Below are positions 45,890-56,309 of a stretch of DNA of 64,000 nt, piece after piece (the stretch's first letter is position 1; each line of letters opens with the position of its first letter). Under the pieces are notes generated by a model. It was not told the origin of the DNA, did no database searches, and saw nothing but the letters and a program-made list of their open reading frames with translations. The DNA is from Candidatus Buchananbacteria bacterium RIFCSPHIGHO2_01_FULL_44_11 (lineage in GTDB: Bacteria; Patescibacteriota; Patescibacteriia; Buchananbacterales; UBA6539), in contig MHIE01000019.1 of assembly GCA_001817345.1 (NCBI GenBank), positions 10,380-74,379 on the forward strand, in the 5' to 3' direction. The translations under genes and the position numbers were made by a program.

Positions 45890-45918
45890 TTGACTTATTC
45901 AACCACTTATAATATAGT
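45890..45918 (+). promoter_or_regulatory. Sigma70 promoter for NUDIX-like gene
   Basis: TTGACT-17 bp-TATAGT. Confidence 0.6.
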
Positions 45919-46007
45919 CTAAAAGCAGCAAACGCAGTACAAAGCGATTGCTGGCTGAAGCAATAATACATTGCTACAGATTGTTCTCTAAACAAAGGAG
46001 AGTTACG

Positions 46008-46592
46008 ATGAGGCCGAATGGTGAAAAAACAGACGTCGGTACTATCGTTTCAGAAGAAACAGTGTTCGGTGACGGATTCCTTCCGGTGATCAAACGCGTG
46101 GTCCGGACGCCGGATGGCCAGACGCGAGAACCACAGCTGCTGTGGGACCGCACCGGCAAAGAATTCGTTGTCGCCGTTGCCATCGGGCCGGACGACAAAT
46201 TTGTCCTCGTCAAAGAGCCAAAGTATGGTCAGATGGAATACTCCGTCGGACCGGCGATCGGCGCCATTAAGCAAGGAGAGGACATAATCAACGCGGCCGG
46301 TCGGGTGTTACTGGCAGAAACCGGCTACAAGGTAGAAAGGTGGTATCACTTGATTACCGGAACCGTGATTGAAATTCCGGACAAGAGCGACGGCGGCGGC
46401 CACCACCTTATGATCGGCATAAACGCGGTCAAAAAAAGAGAGCCGGAGAGTGGCTGCCAAGTTATATTGGCTTCCCGCCAGGCAGTCGAGGATATGCTCT
46501 GGGGAAGAAGTTCACTACGGATTGACCGGGCAATGGGAATCGCCGCTATGTTTTTGGCGATACAATTCCTGGCAGACCGCAATTTGTGTTAA
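46008..46592 (+). CDS. NUDIX-fold protein with degenerate Nudix box
   Basis: GAIKQGEDIINAAGRVLLAETGY; AAGGAG before ATG 46008. Confidence 0.7.
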   Translation: MRPNGEKTDVGTIVSEETVFGDGFLPVIKRVVRTPDGQTREPQLLWDRTGKEFVVAVAIGPDDKFVLVKEPKYGQMEYSVGPAIGAIKQGEDIINAAGRVLLAETGYKVERWYHLITGTVIEIPDKSDGGGHHLMIGINAVKKREPESGCQVILASRQAVEDMLWGRSSLRIDRAMGIAAMFLAIQFLADRNLC

Positions 46593-46619
46593 CCAGTCCA
46601 ATCCTGCTAGCTGAAGGTT

Positions 46620-46667
46620 AATCTTGCGATGACTCACAAAAATGAGCATTGTCGCAAGATTTTTTTT
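46620..46667 (+). terminator. Intrinsic terminator
   Basis: AATCTTGCGATGA...TTGTCGCAAGATT plus T run. Confidence 0.65.
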
Positions 46668-46750
46668 AGATTGAATAAACGATGATTTCTAGTTTCCGTG
46701 AATAGCGAAATTCGTTCTTACTCTTAAAACCAATGTATTTTAGTATATTT

Positions 46751-46881
46751 TGTCATTGCGAGGAGCGAACGGCAGTGAGTGACGAAGCAATCTGACGCGA
46801 AGCGTCATCCCGAGGGAACCGAGGGATCTGTCTTGCCAAGGGGATTGCTTCGTCCCGATTCCGTCGGGACTCGCAATGACA
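46751..46881. repeat. TGTCATTGCGA...GAAGCAATC palindromic doublet (gene-less copy)
   Basis: TGTCATTGCGAGGAG ... CTCGCAATGACA; 71-bp core identical to 15303-15373. Confidence 0.85.
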
Positions 46882-46937
46882 CTAAAGAATAAGTAAATAT
46901 AGATAAATTTGAATTTCACCCTTCACGCTGATTTAGA

Positions 46938-46966
46938 TTGACAATTTCGCTAAAATCGCTTATATT
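46938..46966 (+). promoter_or_regulatory. Sigma70 promoter for sugar transferase
   Basis: TTGACA-17 bp-TATATT. Confidence 0.7.
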
Positions 46967-46975
46967 TTAGCTATA

Positions 46976-47067
46976 CCCCGTTAAAAGTCCAGAGTTTATT
47001 TTTTTCAACACTATAATTGATATCTTGAATCCTCTGATTAAACATATCTTTTAAACTTCTAATGGGG
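46976..47067. mobile_element. Degenerate CCCCGTTA-type MITE in 5' UTR
   Basis: CCCCGTTAAAAGT / ACTTCTAATGGGG; flanks TATA and CATA (3/4 match). Confidence 0.55.
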
Positions 47068-47101
47068 CATATCTTAAAATCAGCTGCTTGGTCTAGAATC
47101 T

Positions 47102-48505
47102 ATGGAAAGCAAGTCTTTAACTAAATCCGCCAAAAAAAATCTCCTAATTGTCGGAGACTTAATCATTCTTTTTTCCAGCCTTTGGCTGACTCTTTTTTTG
47201 CGCTATGGTTTGACGGTTGATTATGATTTGTGGCAGGCTCATCTTTTCCCTTTTAGCGTTATCATCATCATCTTTTTGATTATTTTTTATATTGAAGATT
47301 TTTATGAACTGGGCATCGGCAAAGGCAAGGTGGATTTGCTCAACCGCTTGATCCAGGTCATTGTCATTGGCAGCGCCTTTTCTTTTACCTTCTTTTACAT
47401 CGGCGCCAATCGTTTATTCACTATTAGACCACAGAGAGTATTTTTTATTTACATCGCCATCGCCGCGATTTTAATTTATCTCTGGCGATTATGGTTTTAT
47501 CAAGTCGCCCGCTCGCCCAAAATTGCCGACGGCGTCCTTTTTATTGGCTACAATAAAAAAGTCGGAGAAATTATCAAACAAATCCAAAAGCGGCCGGAAC
47601 TGGGTTTTCAAGTCAGAGCGATAATGCCGGTAACAAACGGCCAAACCGAACCAATCCCCGATGAATATCAGAACCTCGTGGTAGCAGCCGACTTGAATCA
47701 ACTTAAAGAAATCTGCCAGAAAATCGAGGTTCAGACAATTATTACCACCGTCCATCCGCGGGAAGACAAAAATTTACTCAAAAATTTGTTTAATTGCTTA
47801 TCGCTGAAAATTAGTTTTTTTGAATTGGCGAAATTCTACGAAAATATTACCGGTAAAATTCCGGTTACGACCATTGAACAAATCTGGTTTTTGGAAAATT
47901 TAACCGAAAGCAAGAAAAGAACTTACAATCTAATTAAAAACATTGCTGACGTTATAATTTCAATAATTTTATTGATAATTTCCCTGCCTTTACTGCCTTT
48001 TATTATTTTAGCCGTTAAAACTACCAGCTCGGGGCCAATATTTTTTACCCAGGTCAGAATGGGCAAAGACGGCAAAACTTTCACCGCCATAAAATTCAGA
48101 ACCATGGTCACGGGTGCCGAGTCTAACGGACCGCAATGGGCGGCCAAAAATGACCCGCGCATCACCCGGGTCGGTAAATTTTTAAGAAAAACCAGAATTG
48201 ATGAAATCCCCCAGCTGATTAATGTCTTAAAAGGAGAAATGAGTTTAATCGGCCCGCGGCCGGAACGACCGGAGTTTGTCGAACAGTTGAAGAACCAGAT
48301 TCCGTTCTACCAGGAAAGGCTGATGATTAAACCCGGCCTGACCGGCTGGGCTCAAGTGATGGGGCCAAACTACGGCGGTTCGCTGGAAGAAACCATGGAA
48401 AAAATCCAATATGATCTTTATTACATAAAAAACCGGTCACTCGCCTTGGATTTGAGCATCTTACTTAAAACGATTAGAACCGTGCTAACTAAAAAAGGCC
48501 AATAA
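47102..48505 (+). CDS. Polyprenyl-phosphate sugar phosphotransferase (WcaJ/WbaP family)
   Basis: KFRTM, DPRITRVGKFLRKTRIDEIPQL, GEMSLIGPRPERP, KPGLTGWAQV, YDLYY. Confidence 0.93.
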   Translation: MESKSLTKSAKKNLLIVGDLIILFSSLWLTLFLRYGLTVDYDLWQAHLFPFSVIIIIFLIIFYIEDFYELGIGKGKVDLLNRLIQVIVIGSAFSFTFFYIGANRLFTIRPQRVFFIYIAIAAILIYLWRLWFYQVARSPKIADGVLFIGYNKKVGEIIKQIQKRPELGFQVRAIMPVTNGQTEPIPDEYQNLVVAADLNQLKEICQKIEVQTIITTVHPREDKNLLKNLFNCLSLKISFFELAKFYENITGKIPVTTIEQIWFLENLTESKKRTYNLIKNIADVIISIILLIISLPLLPFIILAVKTTSSGPIFFTQVRMGKDGKTFTAIKFRTMVTGAESNGPQWAAKNDPRITRVGKFLRKTRIDEIPQLINVLKGEMSLIGPRPERPEFVEQLKNQIPFYQERLMIKPGLTGWAQVMGPNYGGSLEETMEKIQYDLYYIKNRSLALDLSILLKTIRTVLTKKGQ

Positions 48506-48546
48506 TCTTTAGAGGCGTCAAGTTAAAAAAATAAATAATTAACGCT

Positions 48547-49215
48547 ATGGCTCACTACCTAGAAGTAATGTATGCAAAAAATTTAAAGCCGGTGACCGAC
48601 TACCCGAATAAATTATGTGCTTACCTATTCAATAGATTTGCCATGACAAAAGGAACGACTGTAGTTGATGTGGGTTGCGGTCGAGGAGATTTTATAGAAG
48701 CATTTAGAAAATTAGATCTCAATGCTATAGGACTAGACCGAGAAATAGTTACTTTAAACGACCCAAGCATAGATTTTCACGGCAATATTAATTTTGAAAA
48801 AGATAATTTTCCACTGCCAGATGCAACTGTTGATGTTGTCTTCTCTAAGTCAGTAATAGAACATATACACAATCCAGAGCAATTCATGCATGAAATTAAA
48901 CGAATACTCAAGCCGGGTGGCAGGGTGATTATTATGACGCCCGACTGGCAAAGCCAAGTGTATACTTTTTATAATGACTACACTCACGTTCAACCTTATA
49001 TCACGTCCGGCCTGGCTAATTTGTTAAAGTTATCTGATTTTCACGATGTCCAGTCTGAACTTTTTTATCAATTACCTTCCGTTTGGCGCTGGCCTTTTCT
49101 AAGAATAATACTCAAGCCTCTTAGACTATTATGGCCCGTCAAAAAGATGAAAAAAAGCAGTTACTGGCGCTGGTCACGTGAGCTAATGATCCTGGGCACT
49201 GGTACTAAAAAATAG
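48547..49215 (+). CDS. Class I SAM-dependent methyltransferase
   Basis: VDVGCGRG, VIEH, LKPGG. Confidence 0.9.
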   Translation: MAHYLEVMYAKNLKPVTDYPNKLCAYLFNRFAMTKGTTVVDVGCGRGDFIEAFRKLDLNAIGLDREIVTLNDPSIDFHGNINFEKDNFPLPDATVDVVFSKSVIEHIHNPEQFMHEIKRILKPGGRVIIMTPDWQSQVYTFYNDYTHVQPYITSGLANLLKLSDFHDVQSELFYQLPSVWRWPFLRIILKPLRLLWPVKKMKKSSYWRWSRELMILGTGTKK

Positions 49216-49224
49216 AATGATAAA

Positions 49225-49257
49225 AAAATTACCTGCCGGTTACCGGCAGGTAATTTT
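49225..49257. terminator. Bidirectional terminator between convergent genes
   Basis: AAAATTACCTGCCGG-TTA-CCGGCAGGTAATTTT, 15-bp stem. Confidence 0.75.
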
Positions 49258-49272
49258 ACAACATTTGGAAAA

Positions 49273-50451
49273 CTAATTTGTTAATTTAAAAATTATTGCC
49301 TCAAGTTCTTGTGCCAGCTTAGAATAATGAAACACTCCAGACATGCGCCGAAAACAATGCTGGCCTAGCCTCAGCCGCAGAGCATTATCAGTGCCCAGAG
49401 CGCTGATTTTTTGGGCCAAATCGGCCTGGTCATTGGTTTTAAAAGTTAAGTTTGGATTTCCCACGATCCATTCCAGCGCCCCGCCGGAAAAAACCAGGGT
49501 AGGCAAACCCAGCGCCATCGCTTCCAAACCAATCACGGCACTGCATTCGCGCCGCCAGCGAGGCACAATAAAAATATCCGACTCAACCAAAAAATGAACC
49601 ATCGCCTGATAATCAACCCAGCCGGGAAATTCAACGTAATTTTCCAGACCCAAATCCTTGGCCATTTTAATTAAGCTGTCCCGCTCCGGTCCGTCGCCGC
49701 CTAAGACTAATCGAAATTTATCTTTATTGGTTAAAAGAGAAAACGCTTTTAAGACCAAATCAAAACCTTTTTCTTTAATCATCCGTCCGGTGCAGTAAAG
49801 CTGGACGATTTTTTTAGTCGCTTGTCTTTTTTCCAAAATCTCGGCCATGGCCATGCCGGCGGCCGAAAGCAGCCGCCGATCGTCAACAAAATCCAGCATA
49901 ATTCTAGAAGGCACTTTTGGGCTTAAGCCAAAATTATAATAAGCCTGCTGGATAAAGGGCGTAGTAAAAATAAAAAAATCCAGCCGGTTAGCTAAATTAC
50001 CGCCAAGATATTTTTCCGCCAAATAGCGCAGACGATTTTTCAAGCGCTTTAAAACGCTAAATTGTTTTTCTTTTTGGCCGTCTTCACTTGGCCAGGAGAT
50101 AAATTCCCGGTTATAAAAAGCCACCACCGGAATTTTTCCGCCAAAAAGTCGATAAAGACCAGCGCCATACATATACTGGCCTTCAACATGAAAAATATCA
50201 GCCTGAGAGGAATATTTTTTTAACCGCTGCCAAATCTGATACTGCACCGGCAGCTGATGAAAAGTTTTGAACTGCTCGGCAACTACTGAGTAAGGCAGGG
50301 CTTTATCAATTTTATTCTTGTGCGAATAAACCGTCACCACTTTAACCTCATGACCCAGCTTTTGGAGATTTTCGGCCTTGAGATCTAAATCGGTGATTGA
50401 GCCGCCGGCAGTGACAAAATTAAGTTTGGAAGTGACAAAAATTATCCTCAT
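49273..50451 (-). CDS. Glycosyltransferase family 4
   Basis: GRMIKEKG, GDGPE, ECSAVIGLEAMALG. Confidence 0.88.
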   Translation of the reverse strand: MRIIFVTSKLNFVTAGGSITDLDLKAENLQKLGHEVKVVTVYSHKNKIDKALPYSVVAEQFKTFHQLPVQYQIWQRLKKYSSQADIFHVEGQYMYGAGLYRLFGGKIPVVAFYNREFISWPSEDGQKEKQFSVLKRLKNRLRYLAEKYLGGNLANRLDFFIFTTPFIQQAYYNFGLSPKVPSRIMLDFVDDRRLLSAAGMAMAEILEKRQATKKIVQLYCTGRMIKEKGFDLVLKAFSLLTNKDKFRLVLGGDGPERDSLIKMAKDLGLENYVEFPGWVDYQAMVHFLVESDIFIVPRWRRECSAVIGLEAMALGLPTLVFSGGALEWIVGNPNLTFKTNDQADLAQKISALGTDNALRLRLGQHCFRRMSGVFHYSKLAQELEAIIFKLTN

Positions 50452-50454
50452 AAA

Positions 50455-51474
50455 CTACATATTGCCGAATTCGATTTGGGTTTTAATCCAAGGAATCAGC
50501 TCATCAAGCATTTGGCTCAAATCGGTTTTCGCCTCAAAACCCAGTAATTTTTTGGCTTTCTTTGTGCTCGGCTGGCGTTTCCTGACGTCATGGATCATCG
50601 GTTCATCCGAAACGTAATTAAACGGCTGATCCGGATTAATTTTATTCCAAATCAACTCGGCCAGTTCTAAAACCGTGGTTGATTGAGCAGTCGAAATATT
50701 GAAATCTTGGTTAATCGCTTCCTTACTCTCAATCGCTAGGCGGATACCGGCAGCTAAATCCCCGCCATAAGTATAATGACGAATCTGCTTGCCATCGCCT
50801 AAAATACGCAAAGGATCCTGGCCTTTCAGGACTTTTTGGACTAAATCCGGCACCACATGGCTCATGGCCAGCTTAATGTTACCGGAAATTATCTCTTTGG
50901 TGTTTTTGGCTTTTTGTTCACCAGTGCCGACGACATTAAACGGCCGGATAATGGTGTAAGGCAGTTGATACTGCTCCCAGCCGCCTTTGGCAAAATATTC
51001 GCACATCAATTTTTGAAAACCATAAGTGGACTGCGGCGGCGGACAAAGAGCCTGGTCCCCTTCCACGCTTGGGTACTTAGCGGTTGACTCAAAAGCACTG
51101 GAGGAAGAAATAACATTAACTTTTTTAAGTTTTTTATTTTTAAAAGCCCAAAGCGCCGCATCAAAGGAAGAGGCCACAATCCGTTCATTTTCAGCGATCA
51201 GGTCATAAGCAAATTCATGGAAATAATTTATCCCGCCCACCATCGCCGCGTTAAAAAGCGCTTGATCGCAATCCTGAATCAAATGTTTCATCAGTTCCAC
51301 GTCTTTAGCGTCCCCTTCGGTAAAAAAATAATTGGGATTATGGTCGTAACTTTTTTCCACTTTGCCGTATTTACTGTAATTATCAACACCCACGACCTGG
51401 TGGCCGTGCTTTAATAACTCGTCAACCAAATAGCCAGCGATAAAGCCCGCTGAGCCACTAACTAAAATTTTCAT
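50455..51474 (-). CDS. NAD-dependent epimerase/dehydratase
   Basis: GSAGFIAG, YGFQK, RPFNVVG, GDGKQIR. Confidence 0.9.
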   Translation of the reverse strand: MKILVSGSAGFIAGYLVDELLKHGHQVVGVDNYSKYGKVEKSYDHNPNYFFTEGDAKDVELMKHLIQDCDQALFNAAMVGGINYFHEFAYDLIAENERIVASSFDAALWAFKNKKLKKVNVISSSSAFESTAKYPSVEGDQALCPPPQSTYGFQKLMCEYFAKGGWEQYQLPYTIIRPFNVVGTGEQKAKNTKEIISGNIKLAMSHVVPDLVQKVLKGQDPLRILGDGKQIRHYTYGGDLAAGIRLAIESKEAINQDFNISTAQSTTVLELAELIWNKINPDQPFNYVSDEPMIHDVRKRQPSTKKAKKLLGFEAKTDLSQMLDELIPWIKTQIEFGNM

Positions 51475-51512
51475 AAAATTAGACGCTTAAAAATTAATCT
51501 CCGTATATAAGT

Positions 51513-52745
51513 TTACCGCCAAAAGCCCCAGACGTCAATAAAAATTTTTTTCGGATATTTTTTAGGGTCAATTTTTTTGTAATCTTTATGAGGCGTAGCT
51601 AAAATCACGACGTCTGATTTGTCTAAAACTTCATCCAAAGATAACAATGCTTCGTCCTTAATATAGACATCGTGACAGCGAACCGTGCCGAATTCAAATT
51701 CGGCGATCTTTTTTAATTTGTAGGACAAACTATCTCGCTTGTTATCCGATTCCCTCTTAAAAGCCATGCCTAAAATGCCGACATTAATATAACCAAGCTT
51801 AGTTATTGAATTGGATGCTTGAAGTTTCTTTTTAACAACTTCTATCACAAACTTAGGCAGGCCCTCATTAACCAGCATGGCCGCCTGGCCCAAAGAAAAA
51901 TTATTGTTGGAAAAAGCGGAAATCTGCATCGTGTCTTTAAGCAGGCAGGGACCGGCGGCAAAGCCGGCGCCGGGCAAATTTTTGGCCCGATCGTAATCTT
52001 GAGTCATGGCTTGATAAATCGCCCCATAGTCAGCGCCAAAACTTTCGGCAATCATGTAAAATTGGTTGCTTGCGGCAAAACTGATATAGCGCCAGGCGTT
52101 AGTAAAAAGCTTGGCTAACTCCGCTTCCATTGGCTTAACCGTCACCAATTTATCGGTAATTTTATTAAATAGGTCGTAAGCCACCTTTTCCGTATTTTGG
52201 TCAAAAGCAGAAATGATCTGGGGCAGGCTCATCAGCTCGTCAATGGCTTTGCCCTCGGCGATTCGTTCCGGGCAAAAAGCGACCTTAATTTTTTTACCCT
52301 GGCCTTCAAAATATTTCTGGACTTTTTTACTCGTCCCCGGATAAACCGTACTGCGCAAAATCAAAACTTGATCATCGCTAAAGTAATCAAAATAATTTTT
52401 GATCACGCCCATAATGGCCTTGAAGTCCGGATTTAAATACTCGTCAATTGGCGTGCCGACAACCAATAAAACTAGCTTACTGTCTTTAATCGCTTCAGCT
52501 GAATCGGAAGTAAATAAAGTTTTGTTCTCCAGCGCTTGCTTTAAGCTCTCGGGGCCCTGATTTTCTTTAAAGGGAAAAACCCCGGCTGAAATCTGACTCA
52601 AAGCCTCTTTGTTTAAATCGTAAATTACGGTTTTAACTCCCTTGAGGGCAAAAACAACGGCCAAAGGCAGGCCCACCCGGCCGGCGCCGCCGACAATGCA
52701 TAAATCGTATTTCTGGCTTTTGCTCGAATGTTTAAAATCTAACAT
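51513..52745 (-). CDS. UDP-sugar dehydrogenase (WecC/Ugd family)
   Basis: GRVGLP, RSTVYPG, CPERIAEG, AELAK, GPCL.KD, GMAFK. Confidence 0.9.
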   Translation of the reverse strand: MLDFKHSSKSQKYDLCIVGGAGRVGLPLAVVFALKGVKTVIYDLNKEALSQISAGVFPFKENQGPESLKQALENKTLFTSDSAEAIKDSKLVLLVVGTPIDEYLNPDFKAIMGVIKNYFDYFSDDQVLILRSTVYPGTSKKVQKYFEGQGKKIKVAFCPERIAEGKAIDELMSLPQIISAFDQNTEKVAYDLFNKITDKLVTVKPMEAELAKLFTNAWRYISFAASNQFYMIAESFGADYGAIYQAMTQDYDRAKNLPGAGFAAGPCLLKDTMQISAFSNNNFSLGQAAMLVNEGLPKFVIEVVKKKLQASNSITKLGYINVGILGMAFKRESDNKRDSLSYKLKKIAEFEFGTVRCHDVYIKDEALLSLDEVLDKSDVVILATPHKDYKKIDPKKYPKKIFIDVWGFWR

Positions 52746-52750
52746 ATAAT

Positions 52751-53731
52751 TTATTTAGTAATCATTGTATTAAAGAATTCTTGTACTTTTTTAGCGATAA
52801 AAACATCGGTTGCCTGGCGTGATTCAAATGTACTACCGCCAATATGCGGGGTAATAATCACATTGCTGTTTTTTTGGGCATACTCAACCAACGGCTGAGA
52901 AGAAAAATTTTGTTTGAAATTCAACTCATCGGCTAAAACGTCAGCGGCAAAACCGGCAATCTTTTTTTCAGTCAAGGCCTGGAGTAAATCTTTTTCATTA
53001 ACAATGTCGCCGCGGGCGGTATTGATTAAGTAAGCTGTATTTTTTACCCGGGCAAAGGCTTCAGCGTTAAACATGTCTTTTGTTTCTTCGTTTAGATGAA
53101 CGTGAATGGAAATGATATCACTATTTGAAAGTAAATCGCTGAATTCAACTTTTTGACAATGGTTTTCAATGAATTCCTTGTCTTTAAGATAAGGATCGCA
53201 AGCAATAACCTTCATGCCAAAAGCGTTGCCGTAACGCGCCATTATTTTACCCAGCCGGCCCAGGCCGACTAAACCCAAGGTTTTACCGGAAAGACTATGG
53301 CCAGTAAACTTAGTACTTTCCCACTGATAGTTTTTAACCGCGGCAACGCCGTCGACAAGGTGCCGAGCTAAGGCAATCGCTAAACCAAAGGCTAATTCGG
53401 CCGTGCTGGTAATAGTGTTTAAGAATTCCGTCTCCCCGCGCAGACTGATGACCTTGATCTTTTTGATTTTGGCGTAACCAACGTTAACATGATCCAAGCC
53501 GGTGGTAGCGGTGGCAATCACTTTAAGATTCGGCGCCAAGTTAATAATTTCCTTGGTCACCACCACGCCAAGTTGAAGGACTAAAACGTCGGCTTTGACG
53601 ATTTCGACGGCCAAAATTTTTTGATCCGGCCCGATCATTTTTACTTCGCCCAATGACGACAGAATCTCCTTGGCGGCTTGAGGGTAATTGCCGCCGACGG
53701 CGTTAATGATTTTGAGTTTATTTTTACTCAT
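52751..53731 (-). CDS. D-isomer 2-hydroxyacid dehydrogenase
   Basis: TGLDHV, GLGRLG, INTARG, TPHIGG. Confidence 0.9.
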   Translation of the reverse strand: MSKNKLKIINAVGGNYPQAAKEILSSLGEVKMIGPDQKILAVEIVKADVLVLQLGVVVTKEIINLAPNLKVIATATTGLDHVNVGYAKIKKIKVISLRGETEFLNTITSTAELAFGLAIALARHLVDGVAAVKNYQWESTKFTGHSLSGKTLGLVGLGRLGKIMARYGNAFGMKVIACDPYLKDKEFIENHCQKVEFSDLLSNSDIISIHVHLNEETKDMFNAEAFARVKNTAYLINTARGDIVNEKDLLQALTEKKIAGFAADVLADELNFKQNFSSQPLVEYAQKNSNVIITPHIGGSTFESRQATDVFIAKKVQEFFNTMITK

Positions 53732-54630
53732 AATAATTTTTGATTAATTGGCTTTCTGGCAACAACCAAAACATGCTGACCCCATTTTTCCGAGCACATC
53801 CAGGGATGCCGCTTTGGCCAAATCATTTTTCTGATCGCCAAAACCAGATACCAGAGCCAGACTAAAAACTTCTCAATTTTAGGCGACATCACGGTAAAAG
53901 GAAAGGCCGGCGAGTAAGACAAAGAAGGCACCGGAAAAATGCCACCTTGGTATTCAATGGCCGCTCCCAAACTGCGCAAAACCTCAATATAAATTTCAGA
54001 ACCGTGATCACTGCGATAAAGGGGTTTTTTAGGAGCTTTCTCCGCTTTATTGACTAACTTAAGCTTGGTTAATAACCCATGAACGAATTTCAAAAATAAG
54101 TTGATAAAACCAAAGGCCTTTTGGACCGACCATTTGCCCGGCACGATATTAGAGATAATAATGCCGCCTGGTTTAAGCACCCGATATTGTTCGATTAGCG
54201 CTTGTCGGTAATCCTCAAAATGCTCCAATAAACCACAATGCACAATCACGTCAAAATAGTTATCGCTAAACGACATATGCAAAGCGTCTTCGCAAACGTA
54301 ATGGGCCGGCAGGTTGTTTTCTTTAAATATATCCTTAGCCACTGCCAAAATTTCTGCTGAAGTATCCAAAAGATAGCAGTCAAAACCATGGGCGGCAAAA
54401 TAACAGGAAATTGAACCCCGACCCGAACCAGGCTCTAAGACTTTCATTCCCGGCTGAGGATTCTTGATGAATGAACTGTAAACTTTCCATTGATTCTTAA
54501 AAGACATCATGATTTGGTTTGTCGGCCTGCCGCTGGTGTAATAATTCTGACGGGCCTCGTGACTGCGAATTTTCCAATTATCATCAAATTCAACTACTGA
54601 ACCTTTTTTGTATTGGCTTTGGTCGGTCAT
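53728..54630 (-). CDS. Class I SAM-dependent methyltransferase
   Basis: VLEPGSGRG, GLLEHF, RVLKPGG. Confidence 0.88.
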   Translation of the reverse strand: MTDQSQYKKGSVVEFDDNWKIRSHEARQNYYTSGRPTNQIMMSFKNQWKVYSSFIKNPQPGMKVLEPGSGRGSISCYFAAHGFDCYLLDTSAEILAVAKDIFKENNLPAHYVCEDALHMSFSDNYFDVIVHCGLLEHFEDYRQALIEQYRVLKPGGIIISNIVPGKWSVQKAFGFINLFLKFVHGLLTKLKLVNKAEKAPKKPLYRSDHGSEIYIEVLRSLGAAIEYQGGIFPVPSLSYSPAFPFTVMSPKIEKFLVWLWYLVLAIRKMIWPKRHPWMCSEKWGQHVLVVARKPINQKLL

Positions 54631-55324
54631 AGTTTATTTTATTCTTCATTATTAACTCGGCCAGCTTCCAGTCTCTGGGGCCGTCAATATTAACCCAAAG
54701 TTCTGTCGGCATGACGTAAGGCAGACAATGGCCGCCCTTAAAAGTCTTTTTATGAACTAAAGTATTTCTCCGGGTGGCATAAATCGCGCCGTTTCTGATA
54801 TAAATCTGGTCTTTCTGCCTTGAAGCATTCTCGATTTTTCTATTGTCAATATCGACCAATTGATCATTAACGATATATTTCATCCATTCCGGATTAATGC
54901 CTGGACTGCGGACGACGCTGATCACTGAATCGGCCCGGCTGGCAATTAATTTTTGGAGTGACTGGTCAATGTCTTTGGCGGTTTTTAACGGCGTTGTCGG
55001 CTGAAGCATAACCACCAGATCATAGCGATAACCAAAAAGCTTTTCGGTCTGAAAAACGGCGTGGATGACGGCGTCGATTGACGAAGCCTTGTCCGTCGCT
55101 AAAAATTTTGGCCGCTTAATCACTACTAACCCGAATTGACGGGCTAAACCCAAAATTTTTTCACTGTCTGAAGAGACCACAATGTCAGTGATTAATTTGC
55201 TTTTTTTGGCCGCCAAAATAGTATAAGCAATCAAAGGCCGGCCTAAAAGTTTTTTTAAATTTTTATTTTTTATTCCCTTTGACCCACCGCGAGCCGGAAT
55301 AACCGCCAAAATTTTAGGCTTCAT
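54590..55324 (-). CDS. neuA: Acylneuraminate cytidylyltransferase
   Basis: IPARGGSKGIKNKN, LQPTTP, NGAIY, NID...D. Confidence 0.9.
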   Translation of the reverse strand: MKPKILAVIPARGGSKGIKNKNLKKLLGRPLIAYTILAAKKSKLITDIVVSSDSEKILGLARQFGLVVIKRPKFLATDKASSIDAVIHAVFQTEKLFGYRYDLVVMLQPTTPLKTAKDIDQSLQKLIASRADSVISVVRSPGINPEWMKYIVNDQLVDIDNRKIENASRQKDQIYIRNGAIYATRRNTLVHKKTFKGGHCLPYVMPTELWVNIDGPRDWKLAELIMKNKINYDRPKPIQKRFSS

Positions 55325-55340
55325 AAAAAGTAATTAATGG

Positions 55341-56309
55341 TTAAAAAACTTTTTTATCGTCCCAATTATCAATCCATTGTCCGTCAACCAGGCTAGCAAA
55401 TCGACCGCGATAATAGTCTCGGTTTAAAATTTCAGCCTGAGTCATTTCTCGATTTTTCTGCCCAAGCATAATCCGCCATTCTGGTATCTGTTCATTGATT
55501 ATTTGCTCCTGCTCAACTTTGGTCAAACGGCTGAATCCAATCAGTTCTTTTAGCTGATCAGAATTAATGGACACCGGACCATCTTTGGTTTGATCGTTGG
55601 CTAAAACTGTGAAATGCCTCTCAATTACGTCCGCACCCAGCTTCAGTGCCGTTTTTGCCGCCTGAAGACCATCTCGGGCGACGGCCGTGTGGTCGGACCA
55701 GCCAACCGAATCGGTAAACTGCCTTAACCATTCCAAACGGGCAAGATTACACATCTCTAAAGTATTGGGATAGCTGGTGACGCAATGCAAAAAGGTTAAT
55801 TTTTTGCCTCGGCTTTTAACCAGCTCAGCCGCTTTTTTAATTTCTTCATCAAAAGTGGCGCCAACCGAGATAATCAAATGGTCAAAAACATCGCAGAGTT
55901 CATTAAGCATCGGATAGCTGGCGCAGTCATAACTGGCGACTTTGACTATTTTTTCCGGCCAGTCCAGGCGGGCAGCCAGTTCAATTCTTTTTCTGGCAAA
56001 AATAGCAATCAGCGGCGTGATTTTATTTTTTTGAGCCAATTCAATAAACCATTTATAGTCATCTTCGGTCAAATCCAGCTGGCTTAACCTGGAGAATTCA
56101 GCCTGATATGGCCTTTTGATGGTTTTGACCACGCCATTGCTTTCGACATAGCCTTGATCAAAGCGCGGCCGGTGAGTCAAGTCTTCAGAAAAAATCATCT
56201 GGGTTTTGACATAATCAGCCCCGCCGGCCGCCGCCGCGGCCACTATTTGGCTCAAAATTTCCCGTTTGCCCAAATGATTTTGGCAGGCCTCAACGATTAT
56301 TTTTGTCAT
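55341..56309 (-). CDS. NeuB-family nonulosonic acid synthase (no SAF domain)
   Basis: EACQNH, GADYVKTQ, KVASYD, LHCVTSYP, GWSDHT, IERHFT. Confidence 0.85.
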   Translation of the reverse strand: MTKIIVEACQNHLGKREILSQIVAAAAAGGADYVKTQMIFSEDLTHRPRFDQGYVESNGVVKTIKRPYQAEFSRLSQLDLTEDDYKWFIELAQKNKITPLIAIFARKRIELAARLDWPEKIVKVASYDCASYPMLNELCDVFDHLIISVGATFDEEIKKAAELVKSRGKKLTFLHCVTSYPNTLEMCNLARLEWLRQFTDSVGWSDHTAVARDGLQAAKTALKLGADVIERHFTVLANDQTKDGPVSINSDQLKELIGFSRLTKVEQEQIINEQIPEWRIMLGQKNREMTQAEILNRDYYRGRFASLVDGQWIDNWDDKKVF

